A stretch of DNA of 64,000 nucleotides from Planctomycetota bacterium (GCA_965223845.1 CBDCXR010000004.1:7392001-7456000), one strand, 5' to 3'. Numbered from the stretch's first letter, positions 9,201-19,469 are shown. Numbers and translations: made by a program. The notes: a model not told the origin generated them from the letters alone.

Positions 9201-9430
9201 GTCGACTCTCGACGCAGCGCTCGGCTCTACCGCCGGGCGCGCTCGACTCGCGCCCGCGACCGTTGGCCGGGCCCGCCCACGTCCCAGGCCCAGCCAAAGT
9301 CGCGGAAAATTCCCCAGTTCGGATCTGAGTACGGTGGGAGTGAGTGCGCTCATGAACACGCGGGAGTCCGCTTTCGTTTCCTCGGTTTCCCCGGTCGCGA
9401 GATTCTTCGCGCGATCGATATAATTCGTTC

Positions 9431-11320
9431 ATGAGGTCCAACGGATTCGAGCCCGGGAAGCTGCATCGACTCATCGACTCGCTGGATGCGATTCGAACGA
9501 GCGCGTGCTGGCTCGAACGAGAGTTCGACGATCGCCTGGCGAAGATCCCGGGTCCGCGCCGGGAAAGCGCCCGGAATCTTCTCCACTACCTCGCGCTTCG
9601 CCGGCGCGATCTCCGCGATCTCCAGCGCGAGCTCGCGTCGATTGGCCTCTCGTCGATGGGCCGCGCGGAAGCTCATGTGCTCGGAACCATCGATCCGGTG
9701 ATGGGCGTCCTCCACGGACTCGCGGGGCGATCGTTCCGCCCTGAGCATCACGCCGATCCGCTCAGCATCGAGGAGGGCCGCCGGCGGCTCGTCTCGAACA
9801 CGGACTCGCTGCTGGGTTCGTCACTTCACTTGAGTCCGCCGGGGAGCGATGGCGCGACGCCGATTCGCGTGATGGTGACGATGCCGTCGACGGCGGCCGA
9901 AGACTATCCACTCGTTCGGGATCTCGTTGCCGCCGGGATGAATTGCATGCGCGTCAACTGTGCGCACGACGACGCGCTCGCGTGGTCGATGATGACGGCG
10001 CACCTCAGGCGGGCGAGCGAAGAGGTGGGGGCGAGCTGTCGTCTCTTCATGGACCTCGGTGGGCCGAAGCTGCGAACGGGACCGATCGAGCCGGGTCCGC
10101 GCGTCCTTCACTGGTCGCCGCGGACGGACGTTCGGGGAGCGGTCGTGGCGCCCGCACTCCTCTGGCTGACTCCGTTCGATCGTCCCGAGATCTGCGAGAT
10201 CCGCGGCGCGAAGATGCTCCCGCTCGACCGGAGCGTGCTCGACTCGCTCCGCGCCGGCGACCGTCTCGAGTTCCGCGATTTGCGCGACCGCCCGCGATCG
10301 ATGCGGATTCGGGAGCGCGTGGACGCGTCGTGGATCGCTGAGTCCCACGAAGAGTCGTACCTCGGACCGGCGACGCCGCTCCGAGTCCACCGCGAGTCCG
10401 GTGGCAGCGCGCCGAGCGAATTCTTCGCTGACGCTCTCCTTCCGACGAGTCAGGCGCTCTCCCTCATGGCAGGAGATCGCCTCGTTCTCACGGCGGACCA
10501 GGAGCCGCAGCGGCCCGTCGACCGCGACTCCGAGGGGCGTCTTCTCGGCGAAGCGCGAATCGGTTGCACGATTCCGCAGGTGTTCTCGGCGGTGAACCCG
10601 GGCGAGCGCATCTTCTTCGACGACGGGAAGTTCGCTGGCGTCGTCGTCGAAACGGCCAAAGACGAGATTCTTCTCGAGATCACTCACCCTGCTCTCCCGA
10701 AGAGCCTCCGCGCGGAGAAGGGAATCAACTTCCCGGACACGGATCTCGATCTTCCGGCGCTCACCGAGAAGGATCTCGAAGACCTCGACTTCATCGTCGA
10801 CCACGCCGATATCGTCGGTTTGTCGTTCGTCAACCGTCCCGAGGATGTCGAAGAGCTGCGCCGCGAGCTGGCTCGACGCGGGCGCGGTGACCTCGCCATC
10901 GTGCTCAAGATCGAAACCGAACGCGGCTTTCGCGCGCTCCCGATGCTGCTTCTCGCGGCGCTCCAGTCCGAGTGCGCCGGCGTGATGGTCGCGCGCGGCG
11001 ACCTCGCGGTCGAGTGCGGGTTCGAGCGTCTCGCCGAGATCCAGGAGGAGATCCTCTGGGTGTGTGAGGCGGCTCACGTGCCCGTGATTTGGGCGACGCA
11101 GGTTCTGGATCGCCTCAGCAAGAAAGGCATCCCCACGCGCGCCGAAGTCACCGACGCGGCGATGAGCGAGCGTGCGGAGTGCGTCATGCTGAATAAGGGT
11201 CCGCACATCGTCGAATCCGTGCGGCTCCTCCGCGACATCACCTCGCGGATGCGCGGCCACCAGGAGAAGAAGATGTCCTGGCTCCGGGCGCTCCGCATCT
11301 CGGACGAGTTCGACCGCTAG
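9431..11320 (+). CDS. pyk: Pyruvate kinase (long form with N-terminal extension)
   Basis: RVMVTMP, MRVNCAHD, MDLGGPKLRTG, FDDGK, KGINFP, LSFV, LKIET, MVARGDLAVE, WATQVL, PTRAEVTD. Confidence 0.92.
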   Translation: MRSNGFEPGKLHRLIDSLDAIRTSACWLEREFDDRLAKIPGPRRESARNLLHYLALRRRDLRDLQRELASIGLSSMGRAEAHVLGTIDPVMGVLHGLAGRSFRPEHHADPLSIEEGRRRLVSNTDSLLGSSLHLSPPGSDGATPIRVMVTMPSTAAEDYPLVRDLVAAGMNCMRVNCAHDDALAWSMMTAHLRRASEEVGASCRLFMDLGGPKLRTGPIEPGPRVLHWSPRTDVRGAVVAPALLWLTPFDRPEICEIRGAKMLPLDRSVLDSLRAGDRLEFRDLRDRPRSMRIRERVDASWIAESHEESYLGPATPLRVHRESGGSAPSEFFADALLPTSQALSLMAGDRLVLTADQEPQRPVDRDSEGRLLGEARIGCTIPQVFSAVNPGERIFFDDGKFAGVVVETAKDEILLEITHPALPKSLRAEKGINFPDTDLDLPALTEKDLEDLDFIVDHADIVGLSFVNRPEDVEELRRELARRGRGDLAIVLKIETERGFRALPMLLLAALQSECAGVMVARGDLAVECGFERLAEIQEEILWVCEAAHVPVIWATQVLDRLSKKGIPTRAEVTDAAMSERAECVMLNKGPHIVESVRLLRDITSRMRGHQEKKMSWLRALRISDEFDR

Positions 11321-11730
11321 GTCTGCCGCCCGGGGTCAGTACTCGCGCGTGACGGCAGTCGAGGTCGGAGTTTCCGGCCCACGTACGTCCCCGTTCGCGT
11401 CCCGGTTCCCGAACGGGCGCGACTCAGATCGACTCGTTCGCGAACGGCGACGAGGTCGGTCGGCGCACCGCCGCGCGACGAACGGCGCGAGACCTCTTCC
11501 GTGGCGCCCTGACACATAGTGCGCAGGCGTGTGCACGGAGTGTCCGCCGCCCGATGCCCGCGACCGATCGCCGGGCTGAACGAACGGCGCTTACTCTCTA
11601 CTCTGCAGCGAGTTATCGAAGAGTCGGGCGAGTTGGCGAGCCCCTTGCTTTTCGCGGATCCGATGTTGAGTCGCGCCGCCGAGTGGGCGGCACGAACGGA
11701 CTGCCGGAACCGAGATCAGGAGGTAGCGCC

Positions 11731-14007
11731 ATGAGAGCTTTCCCGTCCTTCCTCACGGTACTCACGCTCGCGGTCGGCGTCGGAGTCGTTCCCGCGGACG
11801 TGGCCGTCGCCGAGTACGTCACGCTCGAAGGAACCGAGATCACGCAGGGGCAGATGCGCATTCCGGAGGCGGAGCGGAGCCGCATCGAGAACGAGCGCGG
11901 CGAAGCGACGATCGTTCCCCGCCCTGATGCGGATCGCATGGTCCTCAAGGAGACTCGCGTCTCTGCGGAGATTTCCGGCGTCCTCGCGCGCGTGCGCGTC
12001 GCACAGGTGTTTCAGAATCCGTATCCCGATCGCCTTGAAGCGCTGTACGTATTCCCGCTTCCCGAGGACGCGGCCGTCGACGGCTATTCGTTCGAATTCG
12101 ACGAGACCGTCGTCGAGGGAGTCGTGAAGAAGAAGGCCGAGGCGCGTCGCGAGTACGAGCGGGCGCGCGACGAGGGGCGGAAAGGCGCTCTCCTCGAAGA
12201 GGAGCGCGACAATGTGTTCTCGCAGTCGGTAGCGAACATTCCGCCGAACGGAGAGATCGTCGTACGCATCGAGTACGTCCACCCCGTTCGCATCGACGGC
12301 ACGAGCTGCACGTTCCGCTTTCCGACGGTCGTTGCGCCGCGCTACACGCCGGGAGCGCCGGTGGCGCGTCCGAACGTCGGTCGCGGGTGGAGTCGAGACA
12401 CGGACCAGGTGCCCGATGCCTCGCGCATCAGTCCGCCGATTCTCCCGGCGGGGATGCGACTCGGAAATGACGTCTTCATCGAGCTTTCGATCGATGCGGG
12501 AATGCCGATCCAGGGAGTTACGGCGGTCACCCACGAGCTCGACGTCCAGCGGACGACCGAAACCACGGTGGGCGTGAGACTCAAGAACGGCCCGACGATC
12601 GCGAACAAGGACTTCGTCGTCGAGTACGAGATTGCAGGAGAGCATTCGGTGCTCGCGTCCCTCGTTCACCGACCCAAGGACTCGCCCCACGGTTACGTCG
12701 CTCTTCTCCTTCAGCCCAAGCGGGACGTTGCCGAGGCCGAGCTCACTCCGCGCGAGGTCGTCTTCGTCCTCGACCGGAGTGGATCGATGCGCGGTGCGCC
12801 AATCAGCCAGCTTCGGATCCTCGCGCAGCACATGCTCGCGGCGCTCAATCCTCAAGATGCGTTTCGCATCGTCGCGTTCAGCAGCGAGACGAGGGAGTTC
12901 CATCCCGACGCACTGGCGGCGACGCCCGAGAATATCGCCGCCGCCCAGCAGTTCGTGCGCGGACTCCGGAGCGGAAGTGGCACGGAGATGCTTCCCGCGC
13001 TCAAGGCCGCGCTCAAGTCCGGTCGCGGAGAAGAGGCTCGCCCTCGCTATCTCGTCCTCCTCAGCGACGCGCTCGTCGGAAACGACGACCGAATTCTCGG
13101 CTATCTCAACAAACGCGTGTTCGATAACACCCGCGTCTTCCCGGTCGCCATCGGCGCGGCGCCGAACGATTATCTGATCCGGCGCGCCGCAGAAATCGGA
13201 CGCGGATTCTCGATGTACGTGACGAATTCGGACAACGCCGTCGAGATGGCGAAACGGTTCAATCAAAAGACGTCGACGCCGTACATGACTGATCTCGAGC
13301 TCGACTGGGGCGAGCTCGACGTCGAGCTCGTCTCGCCGGACCCGCTGCCGGACCTTCACGCGGACGAACCGCTTCTCGTCACCGCCCGTTACGCGAAGAG
13401 TGGCCGATCCAAGATCGGTCTCCGGGGCAATCTCGCCGGACGCAAGGTCGAACTCGAGCTCGAACTCGAGCTTCCCGCGGAAGCCGCGCAGCATGACTCG
13501 CTGGGTTCGATTTGGGCGCGTCGCCGCATCGCGCAGATTTGGAACCGCAACCTCGGGAACGAAACGAGCAAGGCGGAGGATGAGATCACGCGCCTCGGGG
13601 TCGAGCACCAACTCGTCACGCGCTACACCTCGTTCGTCGCGGTCGAGAAGGAACGATCGGGCGACGCGGGTGGACGCCTCACCACGGAGTCCGTTCCGGT
13701 CCTCCTTCCCGAAGGCATGGGCGAAGGAGTGGCGGCGGCTCCCGCCGGTTCGCCGCAGGTCGCGCCGCCGGCCGGCTCGCCGTCGTCCCCGGCGCCTCCT
13801 CCCTCTCGCGTGCGTCCGGCAAACGCGAGCACTCCGCCGACCGTCGTCGCGAGGCCGCCCGCGCCGCGGCCATCCGCGCCCGTCCGGTCGCGACCCCGAG
13901 GCGGCTACGGCGGATCGGTCGAGTGGGTGTTTCTGCTCGGTCTCGCACTTCTGTGCGGAGCCCGCGCGCTACGTTCTCCGGGGCGGAAGCGGGCGGTAGG
14001 AGCCTAA
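11731..14007 (+). CDS. Secreted VIT + vWA domain protein with Pro-rich linker and GlyGly-CTERM-like tail
   Basis: AGGAGG before ATG 11731; signal peptide; LEALYVFPLP (VIT); FVLDRSGSM MIDAS; LVTRYTSFVAVE; tail GGYGGSVEWVFLLGLALLCGARALRSPGRKR. Confidence 0.9.
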   Translation: MRAFPSFLTVLTLAVGVGVVPADVAVAEYVTLEGTEITQGQMRIPEAERSRIENERGEATIVPRPDADRMVLKETRVSAEISGVLARVRVAQVFQNPYPDRLEALYVFPLPEDAAVDGYSFEFDETVVEGVVKKKAEARREYERARDEGRKGALLEEERDNVFSQSVANIPPNGEIVVRIEYVHPVRIDGTSCTFRFPTVVAPRYTPGAPVARPNVGRGWSRDTDQVPDASRISPPILPAGMRLGNDVFIELSIDAGMPIQGVTAVTHELDVQRTTETTVGVRLKNGPTIANKDFVVEYEIAGEHSVLASLVHRPKDSPHGYVALLLQPKRDVAEAELTPREVVFVLDRSGSMRGAPISQLRILAQHMLAALNPQDAFRIVAFSSETREFHPDALAATPENIAAAQQFVRGLRSGSGTEMLPALKAALKSGRGEEARPRYLVLLSDALVGNDDRILGYLNKRVFDNTRVFPVAIGAAPNDYLIRRAAEIGRGFSMYVTNSDNAVEMAKRFNQKTSTPYMTDLELDWGELDVELVSPDPLPDLHADEPLLVTARYAKSGRSKIGLRGNLAGRKVELELELELPAEAAQHDSLGSIWARRRIAQIWNRNLGNETSKAEDEITRLGVEHQLVTRYTSFVAVEKERSGDAGGRLTTESVPVLLPEGMGEGVAAAPAGSPQVAPPAGSPSSPAPPPSRVRPANASTPPTVVARPPAPRPSAPVRSRPRGGYGGSVEWVFLLGLALLCGARALRSPGRKRAVGA

Positions 14008-14168
14008 GAGGCTGTTTCAAAACTCCATCCTGGCTTCGGCAGGCCTTGTCGGGTCCTCGCTTCGTCGACTCGCCATCGACGATCGACTCCGATCGCCGAG
14101 TTCTCGCTCCTCGCGAGGATCCGACACGCTCGGCCTCGGGCCGACGGAGCGAGTTCTGAAACAGCCTC
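14008..14168. mobile_element. MITE-like palindromic element, 161 bp
   Basis: Terminal inverted repeats gaggctgtttcaaaactc / gagttctgaaacagcctc (17 of 18 match); internal palindromy; starts right after the TAA stop; no transposase. Confidence 0.7.
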
Positions 14169-14292
14169 GACATCGGACGTCCCTCACGGCGATCGGTGAC
14201 ATCGTTTCGCTGATCGCCGTGAGGACCGAAGCCTTCGCTACTTCGAGACCCGTTGCGCACATCGGGTTGCGCACATCGGAGCGTACCGAATC

Positions 14293-14976
14293 ATGTTCCT
14301 TCGCTTCGCCCCTTGGACGCTGTTCCTCGCCACCGCCCTGGTCGCCGTTCACTTTGTCCCGGCGATCGCGAGTGCACCCGCGTTCGCTCGCGAGCTGCCG
14401 CGAGCACTCGAGTTCGATCGTTCCGCGATCCTCGCCGGCGACGCTTGGCGGATCTGGACCGGGAACGTCGTTCACTGGAGCGGGGAGCACCTCGCACTCG
14501 ACGTCGGCGCGTTCCTCGTCGTCGGGCTTCTCTTCGAGCGCGCGATCGGACGAGCCTACCCGTGGGTGCTCCTCGCGAGCGCGACTGCCGTCGGCGGCGC
14601 GGTTCTCGTGTTCGGCACGGAGGTGAACGTCTACCGCGGTCTTTCGGGTGTCGCGAGTGGTCAGTTTGCAATCGCCGTACTGTTCGAGCTCCGGCGTGCG
14701 CGTTCGCGAGAGCAGCTGGCCCTTTCGATCGGTGGCGTTCTACTCCTAGCCGCAAAGCTCGCCTACGAAGGCCTCACTGGGCACATGATGTTCGGCACGG
14801 AGGCGCTCGGCGACATCGGAGTTCCGCTCCCGCTAGCGCACATCGCCGGGACGGTCGGAGCGGTGGCCGTCGTGTTTGCGATGTTCGCGCTTCGCAGCTC
14901 GGACGAAGCTCGTCGAACTCCCGTACCCCGGCTCGGGTTGGAGCTCGCTGATTCGGGTCGGGCTCGCGCTGAGTAG
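14293..14976 (+). CDS. rrtA: Rhombosortase (rhomboid-family intramembrane protease)
   Basis: FDRSAILAGDAWRIWTGNVVHWSGEHL, YRGLSG catalytic Ser, PLAHIAG catalytic His; adjacent to GlyGly-tailed protein. Confidence 0.85.
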   Translation: MFLRFAPWTLFLATALVAVHFVPAIASAPAFARELPRALEFDRSAILAGDAWRIWTGNVVHWSGEHLALDVGAFLVVGLLFERAIGRAYPWVLLASATAVGGAVLVFGTEVNVYRGLSGVASGQFAIAVLFELRRARSREQLALSIGGVLLLAAKLAYEGLTGHMMFGTEALGDIGVPLPLAHIAGTVGAVAVVFAMFALRSSDEARRTPVPRLGLELADSGRARAE

Positions 14977-15343
14977 CGTACGCCGGCGGATTCGCGGTAA
15001 CCGAATCTGCGTCGCCGGCGAATCTACAACCGTGGACCGGTCTTCGTTTGCCGTTTGCTGCGGCTCGGTGGTTTTCCCGTTCGGATTCACGCTGTCCAAG
15101 GGTGAGACACGAGCGGGAACGCCCCGTGGTGGTGCTTCCGACGAAACCGGCGGTTCGTCCTTCGCGACTGGGCGCGGAGGGGCCGCGAGCGTCGACTGGC
15201 ACACCGCTCGCACTCCGATTTCCCTCGGTCCACCCACTCGAGCTCGCGTCCGGTCCTCTGCGCGCGATCGTGGCGTCAGCGGGTCGGTCCCGATGGTTTC
15301 GAAGCGTGCACCCGAGCTTACTCCCAGATCGAGCGAGAAACGA

Positions 15344-16237
15344 ATGCAGCACGAACTCGTCCTTCCCGGTTGTTTCGACGTGGACGACGTCGACGCCTTC
15401 CGCGCCGGCTACGACTCTGAGGCTTTCGAGTTCGAGCATCACTTCGTCGACCATCCGCTTTTCGAGCGCGACCGATTGATCGAGCTTGCGCGCTTCTTGT
15501 CCGATCGCCCGGGCGATGTCTTCTACAACGTCGGCGACGTGCAGGTGGGCGAGTCCTTCGATGATCGCGGACCGGCGGACATCTCGGTCGTCGAAGCGAT
15601 CGAGCGGATCGAGGAGAGCGGCTCGTGGGTCGTCCTGAAGCGCATCGAGCGTCACCCGGACTACGCGTGGATCATCGACCGAGCGAAGAACGAGCTCGGT
15701 GAGCTCCGCGGAATCGATCCGAAGACGGCGATCCGCGAGAGCGAGGCGTTTCTGTTTCTCGCGTCGCCGAATCGAGTCACGTCGTATCACATCGATCCCG
15801 AGGTCGGCTTTCTCTTTCAGATTTCGGGTGAGAAAACCGTCTACACCTTCGACCGCGAAGATCCCGAGGTGCTCACCCAGGAAGAGCTCGAGCGGTACTA
15901 CTACCACGGCGACAGCGGCGCGACCCAGTACCGCGAAGAGCTACAGAATCGCGCGGAGGCCCACGTGATCGAACCGGGAACGGGTGTCCACCTCCCGGTC
16001 CACACCCCGCACTGGGTTCAGAATCACGACAACGTCTCGCTGTCCATGAGCATCGGTTTCGAGTTTTGGGCGTCGCGCTTTCGGTGCAGTGCGTACCGCG
16101 CGAACTACGCGCTCCGGCGTCTCGGGTTCCGGCCGCGAGCTCCCGGAACGTCACCGCTCGTCGACAAGATGAAGTGGGGGGCGTTCGGAGTCGCGCGCCG
16201 CGCCGGTCAGTCGATGCGGAAGCTTCTCGGCAAGTAG
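15344..16237 (+). CDS. JmjC/cupin-like 2-oxoglutarate oxygenase-fold protein
   Basis: TSYHIDPE (HxD), QISGEK, PHWVQN distal His. Confidence 0.75.
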   Translation: MQHELVLPGCFDVDDVDAFRAGYDSEAFEFEHHFVDHPLFERDRLIELARFLSDRPGDVFYNVGDVQVGESFDDRGPADISVVEAIERIEESGSWVVLKRIERHPDYAWIIDRAKNELGELRGIDPKTAIRESEAFLFLASPNRVTSYHIDPEVGFLFQISGEKTVYTFDREDPEVLTQEELERYYYHGDSGATQYREELQNRAEAHVIEPGTGVHLPVHTPHWVQNHDNVSLSMSIGFEFWASRFRCSAYRANYALRRLGFRPRAPGTSPLVDKMKWGAFGVARRAGQSMRKLLGK

Positions 16238-16259
16238 GCTTCGCGCTGTTTGCGGTCTG

Positions 16260-17174
16260 CTACTCGGAGCGAAGCGACCGCCGCCAGCGGCGATAGCGTT
16301 CCGCGATCGCCGCGTCGCCGGGGCGCCCCGCGTGCGATTCGATGCGATAGCGAATGATGGTGGGGGTTTTCGCTTCGATCGTGCGCGCGCTTCGCTTCGT
16401 GAGGCACGGGCCCATCCAGCCATCGTCACGGACGTGCCACAGCGTGTCGTCCCCGGTGTTCTTCGGATCGTCGAAGCACGCGATGCCGGCGATGGCCGCG
16501 GGCAAGGTCGCTCGGTCGACTCCTGCGCGCTCGGGCTGCGAGAGTCCGGAGGCATCCACGACGGGACCGCTGTAGTCGCACCACGAAGCGTGTTGCCAAA
16601 AGCACTCGCTCTCGTTCTCGCTACCGCTCGAGTTGAGGATCCATCCCCCGAGTTTTTCCGCGACGCGCATCGTTCGCGCGACACGGATGCCGAGGAGTCC
16701 GAACGGGGTCTCGCCGAGCGTGACGTCGGCGTCGGTCGCGGACTGAAGCGATACGGTGAGCTCGAGCGCGAGCTCGTCGCCGGGAAGATCGACAAACGCG
16801 AGTCCGCGCTCCTCGCGAAGGACGAGATTTCCGTCGGGCGCCTTCCACCGGCATTCGATGCTGGCTTCGACGCGCCGGCCCTTGGGTTCGGCGATCTCGA
16901 CGTCCGTCACCTCGATGCGCCCGGCACGGTGCGAGTCCTCCCAGAAGTTCACGCTGCCGACGTCGCGGTGAGCGATCCAGATGCTCTCGTGGTGCGAGTG
17001 GCCGATCGGGTCGAGAGGGTGGCCGCGCCGCGTCACTTCGATCCCGTCTGGGGCGGCGAACGGGTAGACGTACGGCCGGCGGAGCTCGGGGGCGATCCAG
17101 ACGGCCGCGACGATCGCGTCGTCGCGGCGGACGCGAAGAGCTTTCCGGGGAATGAGGTCGAGGGTGAGCGACAT
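16260..17174 (-). CDS. DUF6807 / PmoA-like family protein
   Basis: RPYVYPF, HSHHESIW, VNFWE, FGLLGIRVA, WCDYSG, WHVRDDG; overlaps the upstream cbiX-like stop region. Confidence 0.75.
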   Translation of the reverse strand: MSLTLDLIPRKALRVRRDDAIVAAVWIAPELRRPYVYPFAAPDGIEVTRRGHPLDPIGHSHHESIWIAHRDVGSVNFWEDSHRAGRIEVTDVEIAEPKGRRVEASIECRWKAPDGNLVLREERGLAFVDLPGDELALELTVSLQSATDADVTLGETPFGLLGIRVARTMRVAEKLGGWILNSSGSENESECFWQHASWCDYSGPVVDASGLSQPERAGVDRATLPAAIAGIACFDDPKNTGDDTLWHVRDDGWMGPCLTKRSARTIEAKTPTIIRYRIESHAGRPGDAAIAERYRRWRRSLRSE

Positions 17175-17176
17175 GA

Positions 17177-17575
17177 TCAAGGCTCTCCGTTCGAGGACGG
17201 GGCGCGTTCAAGCGCGGCGCGGACCCGCTCGACAACGACCTTCGCGAGATTCGGATGGAGTCCGAGCGGCTCCGTCACCGAGTAGGTGACACCCGGGTGT
17301 TGCCCCGCCGCCGCGGCGGCGAGTTTCGGGATGTCCCCGGTTGCGTGGCGGCCGGGGGCCAGCATGTACGGATGGACCGAGACGTGCTCGGCGCCCGCGG
17401 CCACGCAGGCAGCGAACCCCTCTTCGATCGTCGGCCGGGCGAGCTCCATGTGCGCGATTTCGACGATTTCGCCGGGGTCGACTTCCTCCCGGACGAGATC
17501 CGCAACCGACGCGAGCATGTCGTTCGCTTCGGCGCGCTTGCTCCCGTGGTCGACGAGGAGGATCGCTCGTTTCAT
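17177..17575 (-). CDS. Single-domain sirohydrochlorin chelatase (CbiX/SirB N-terminal type)
   Basis: ILLVDHGS, AHMELARPTI, PYMLAPGRHATGDIP, EPLGLHP. Confidence 0.85.
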   Translation of the reverse strand: MKRAILLVDHGSKRAEANDMLASVADLVREEVDPGEIVEIAHMELARPTIEEGFAACVAAGAEHVSVHPYMLAPGRHATGDIPKLAAAAAGQHPGVTYSVTEPLGLHPNLAKVVVERVRAALERAPSSNGEP

Positions 17576-17712
17576 CTCGGTTCGCCGTCGTTCTTTCCTG
17601 CGCTCGCCGGCGCGCAGAGCGCGCCCCGCCCCCTCGATCGTACCCAACCCGCCCGGCGCGGATCGTTCACAAGCGCGTTGTGCCTCCCTCGCCGCACCGC
17701 TACGATACCGGC

Positions 17713-18336
17713 ATGAGCTCTTCCGAAGGCAACGAATCCGGCTCGCGTCGACTCCTCGCATCCTCGTCCTTCAAGGCCTGGGAGAAGATCCTGATCGCGG
17801 TCGCGGCCTGTCTTCTCGTCGGTGGCGTCGGCGCGCGCGTCGTCTCGGCGATCGGTGGCTCGGAGGAGTCCTCGGGAAGATCGAGCGGAGGCGACACTTC
17901 CGCGAAGAACCGGATGATCTCCGGCAACTCGCTGGTCGATGGCGGCGGGAACGATGGGACGGTGACATCGATCCCTTTTCCCGGCTCGAGCCCGAAGACC
18001 ACGGAGACGGAGACGGCGTCGGCCGAGGATGCGGAGGTCTCTCCCGCGATGCTCCGAGGCGGCTTCGGCTTCTTCGCGGGCTTCTCGATCGGCATGGCGC
18101 TCCGAGCGTTTTTCCGTCTGACGTCGATCATCGCCGGGGTGACGCTCCTCCTTCTCTTCGGGCTCCAGTACATCGGCTGGATCGATGTGCGATGGGATGT
18201 CGTCCAGGACCAGTTCAACGCCTGGACCGAGGGGTTCAGCCGCGAATTCGGGAACTTCAAAACGTTCATCGCGGGGAGCCTCCCGACCGTCGGGCTCTCG
18301 GGGCTCGGGCTCTTCACGGGCTTTCGAAAGCGCTGA
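17713..18336 (+). CDS. FUN14-like membrane protein
   Basis: GFGFFAGFSIGMALR, LQYIGWIDVRW, C-terminal GLFTGFRKR. Confidence 0.7.
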   Translation: MSSSEGNESGSRRLLASSSFKAWEKILIAVAACLLVGGVGARVVSAIGGSEESSGRSSGGDTSAKNRMISGNSLVDGGGNDGTVTSIPFPGSSPKTTETETASAEDAEVSPAMLRGGFGFFAGFSIGMALRAFFRLTSIIAGVTLLLLFGLQYIGWIDVRWDVVQDQFNAWTEGFSREFGNFKTFIAGSLPTVGLSGLGLFTGFRKR

Positions 18337-18392
18337 TCTCGGCCAGGTTCGGCGCGACAATACACCGCGGCTGAGACGTCCGATTCGCGCTA

Positions 18393-18421
18393 TTGACGGT
18401 GCTCGGAGCGTTCGGTAGAGT
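18393..18421 (+). promoter_or_regulatory. Sigma70-type promoter of the atp operon
   Basis: TTGACG-N17-TAGAGT upstream of the first atp gene. Confidence 0.6.
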
Positions 18422-18660
18422 CTCGGCTTCTTCGAGAGCGATCCTCCGGAAACTGCTGCCCGGTTTCGGTTTGCTCCCTCCTCGCGGCGGTGAGGTGCCT
18501 TCGCATCTCCGGCCGTTCGTGCGCGATCGATCGCGTGCCGGCCGACGCTTTTCTCAACGGCGTCGGCGGAGCCGCGGAGCGTTCATCCTCGCCGGGTCGC
18601 GCCCGCTTCGCTCGCGGCGTTGCTGCAGGAGGGCGCGAATTCGCGGAGAAACGAGGGCGC

Positions 18661-18981
18661 GTGGAGAATCAGTCGAAGAAGAAGCTCGCGCACTGGCTCA
18701 GGTATATCGACCTGGGTCTTCAGTTCTTTGTCTCGATTGGACTCTTCACGTGGCTCGGCGTGTGGCTCGACCGCAAGCTCGAGACGGTGGTTCTCTTCAC
18801 GCTGCTCGGCGTCGCGTTCGGATTCGGTGTAGGAATGTACTCCATTTACCGGAGTCTGTTCCTGCGTCGTCCGCGCGAGGACGCGGAACGCGCGCCCGCG
18901 GAGGATCACGTCGCCTCGAGTGGCGAATCGTCTAACAACGACGAAGAGACTCGATCGGAACAAAGGGGCTCGGAGGGCTGA
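18661..18981 (+). CDS. AtpZ/AtpI family protein
   Basis: Two TM helices, GVWLDRKL motif; first gene of the atp operon; GTG start after GAGGG. Confidence 0.8.
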   Translation: MENQSKKKLAHWLRYIDLGLQFFVSIGLFTWLGVWLDRKLETVVLFTLLGVAFGFGVGMYSIYRSLFLRRPREDAERAPAEDHVASSGESSNNDEETRSEQRGSEG

Positions 18982-19034
18982 ATCGGCCCTCGAGCCGACT
19001 TCGCACCTCCTCTGCAAAGGTTCTGGACTCGACC

Positions 19035-19469
19035 GTGAGCATCGCCAGAGTGGCCTCCTTCGTTCTCGCGAGTGCCGCCGCGGTAGGAATCTCCTACGCG
19101 CTCGGTGGAGCTGCGGCTGCGCGTGGTGCGCTCGTCGGTGTGGCGATCGCCTTCGGACTCGTCGCGCTCAGCGCGGGATTGCTACTTCGCGCGGGCGCGG
19201 ATCCGCAGCGGTTGAGCGCGGTGATGCTCGGAGGGATGATCGTCAGCCTTGTCGTGCTCGTCGGGGCGATGCTTGTTGTCAGCGCAGTCGCTCCGGAATA
19301 CCTCGTTCCGAGCTCGCTCACTTCCGTCCTTGTCTACATGGTCTATCGCGTATTCGAAGCAACGGATGTGAGCCGGAAGCTTAGCTCGGGAACGAGTCCG
19401 GCCGAGTCCCCGAATGCGTCATCGATCGGTTCCGTCGGGCGGCAAACGGGAGAATCCGCGGCGTCATGA
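19035..19469 (+). CDS. ATP synthase subunit I-like 4-TM membrane protein
   Basis: Four hydrophobic segments; stop overlaps atpB start (ATGA). Confidence 0.65.
   Translation: MSIARVASFVLASAAAVGISYALGGAAAARGALVGVAIAFGLVALSAGLLLRAGADPQRLSAVMLGGMIVSLVVLVGAMLVVSAVAPEYLVPSSLTSVLVYMVYRVFEATDVSRKLSSGTSPAESPNASSIGSVGRQTGESAAS

Noticed and set aside
16260-17174. Methane monooxygenase from the PmoA-like label
   Set aside because: Soluble DUF6807-type protein with no TM helices and no pmoB or pmoC
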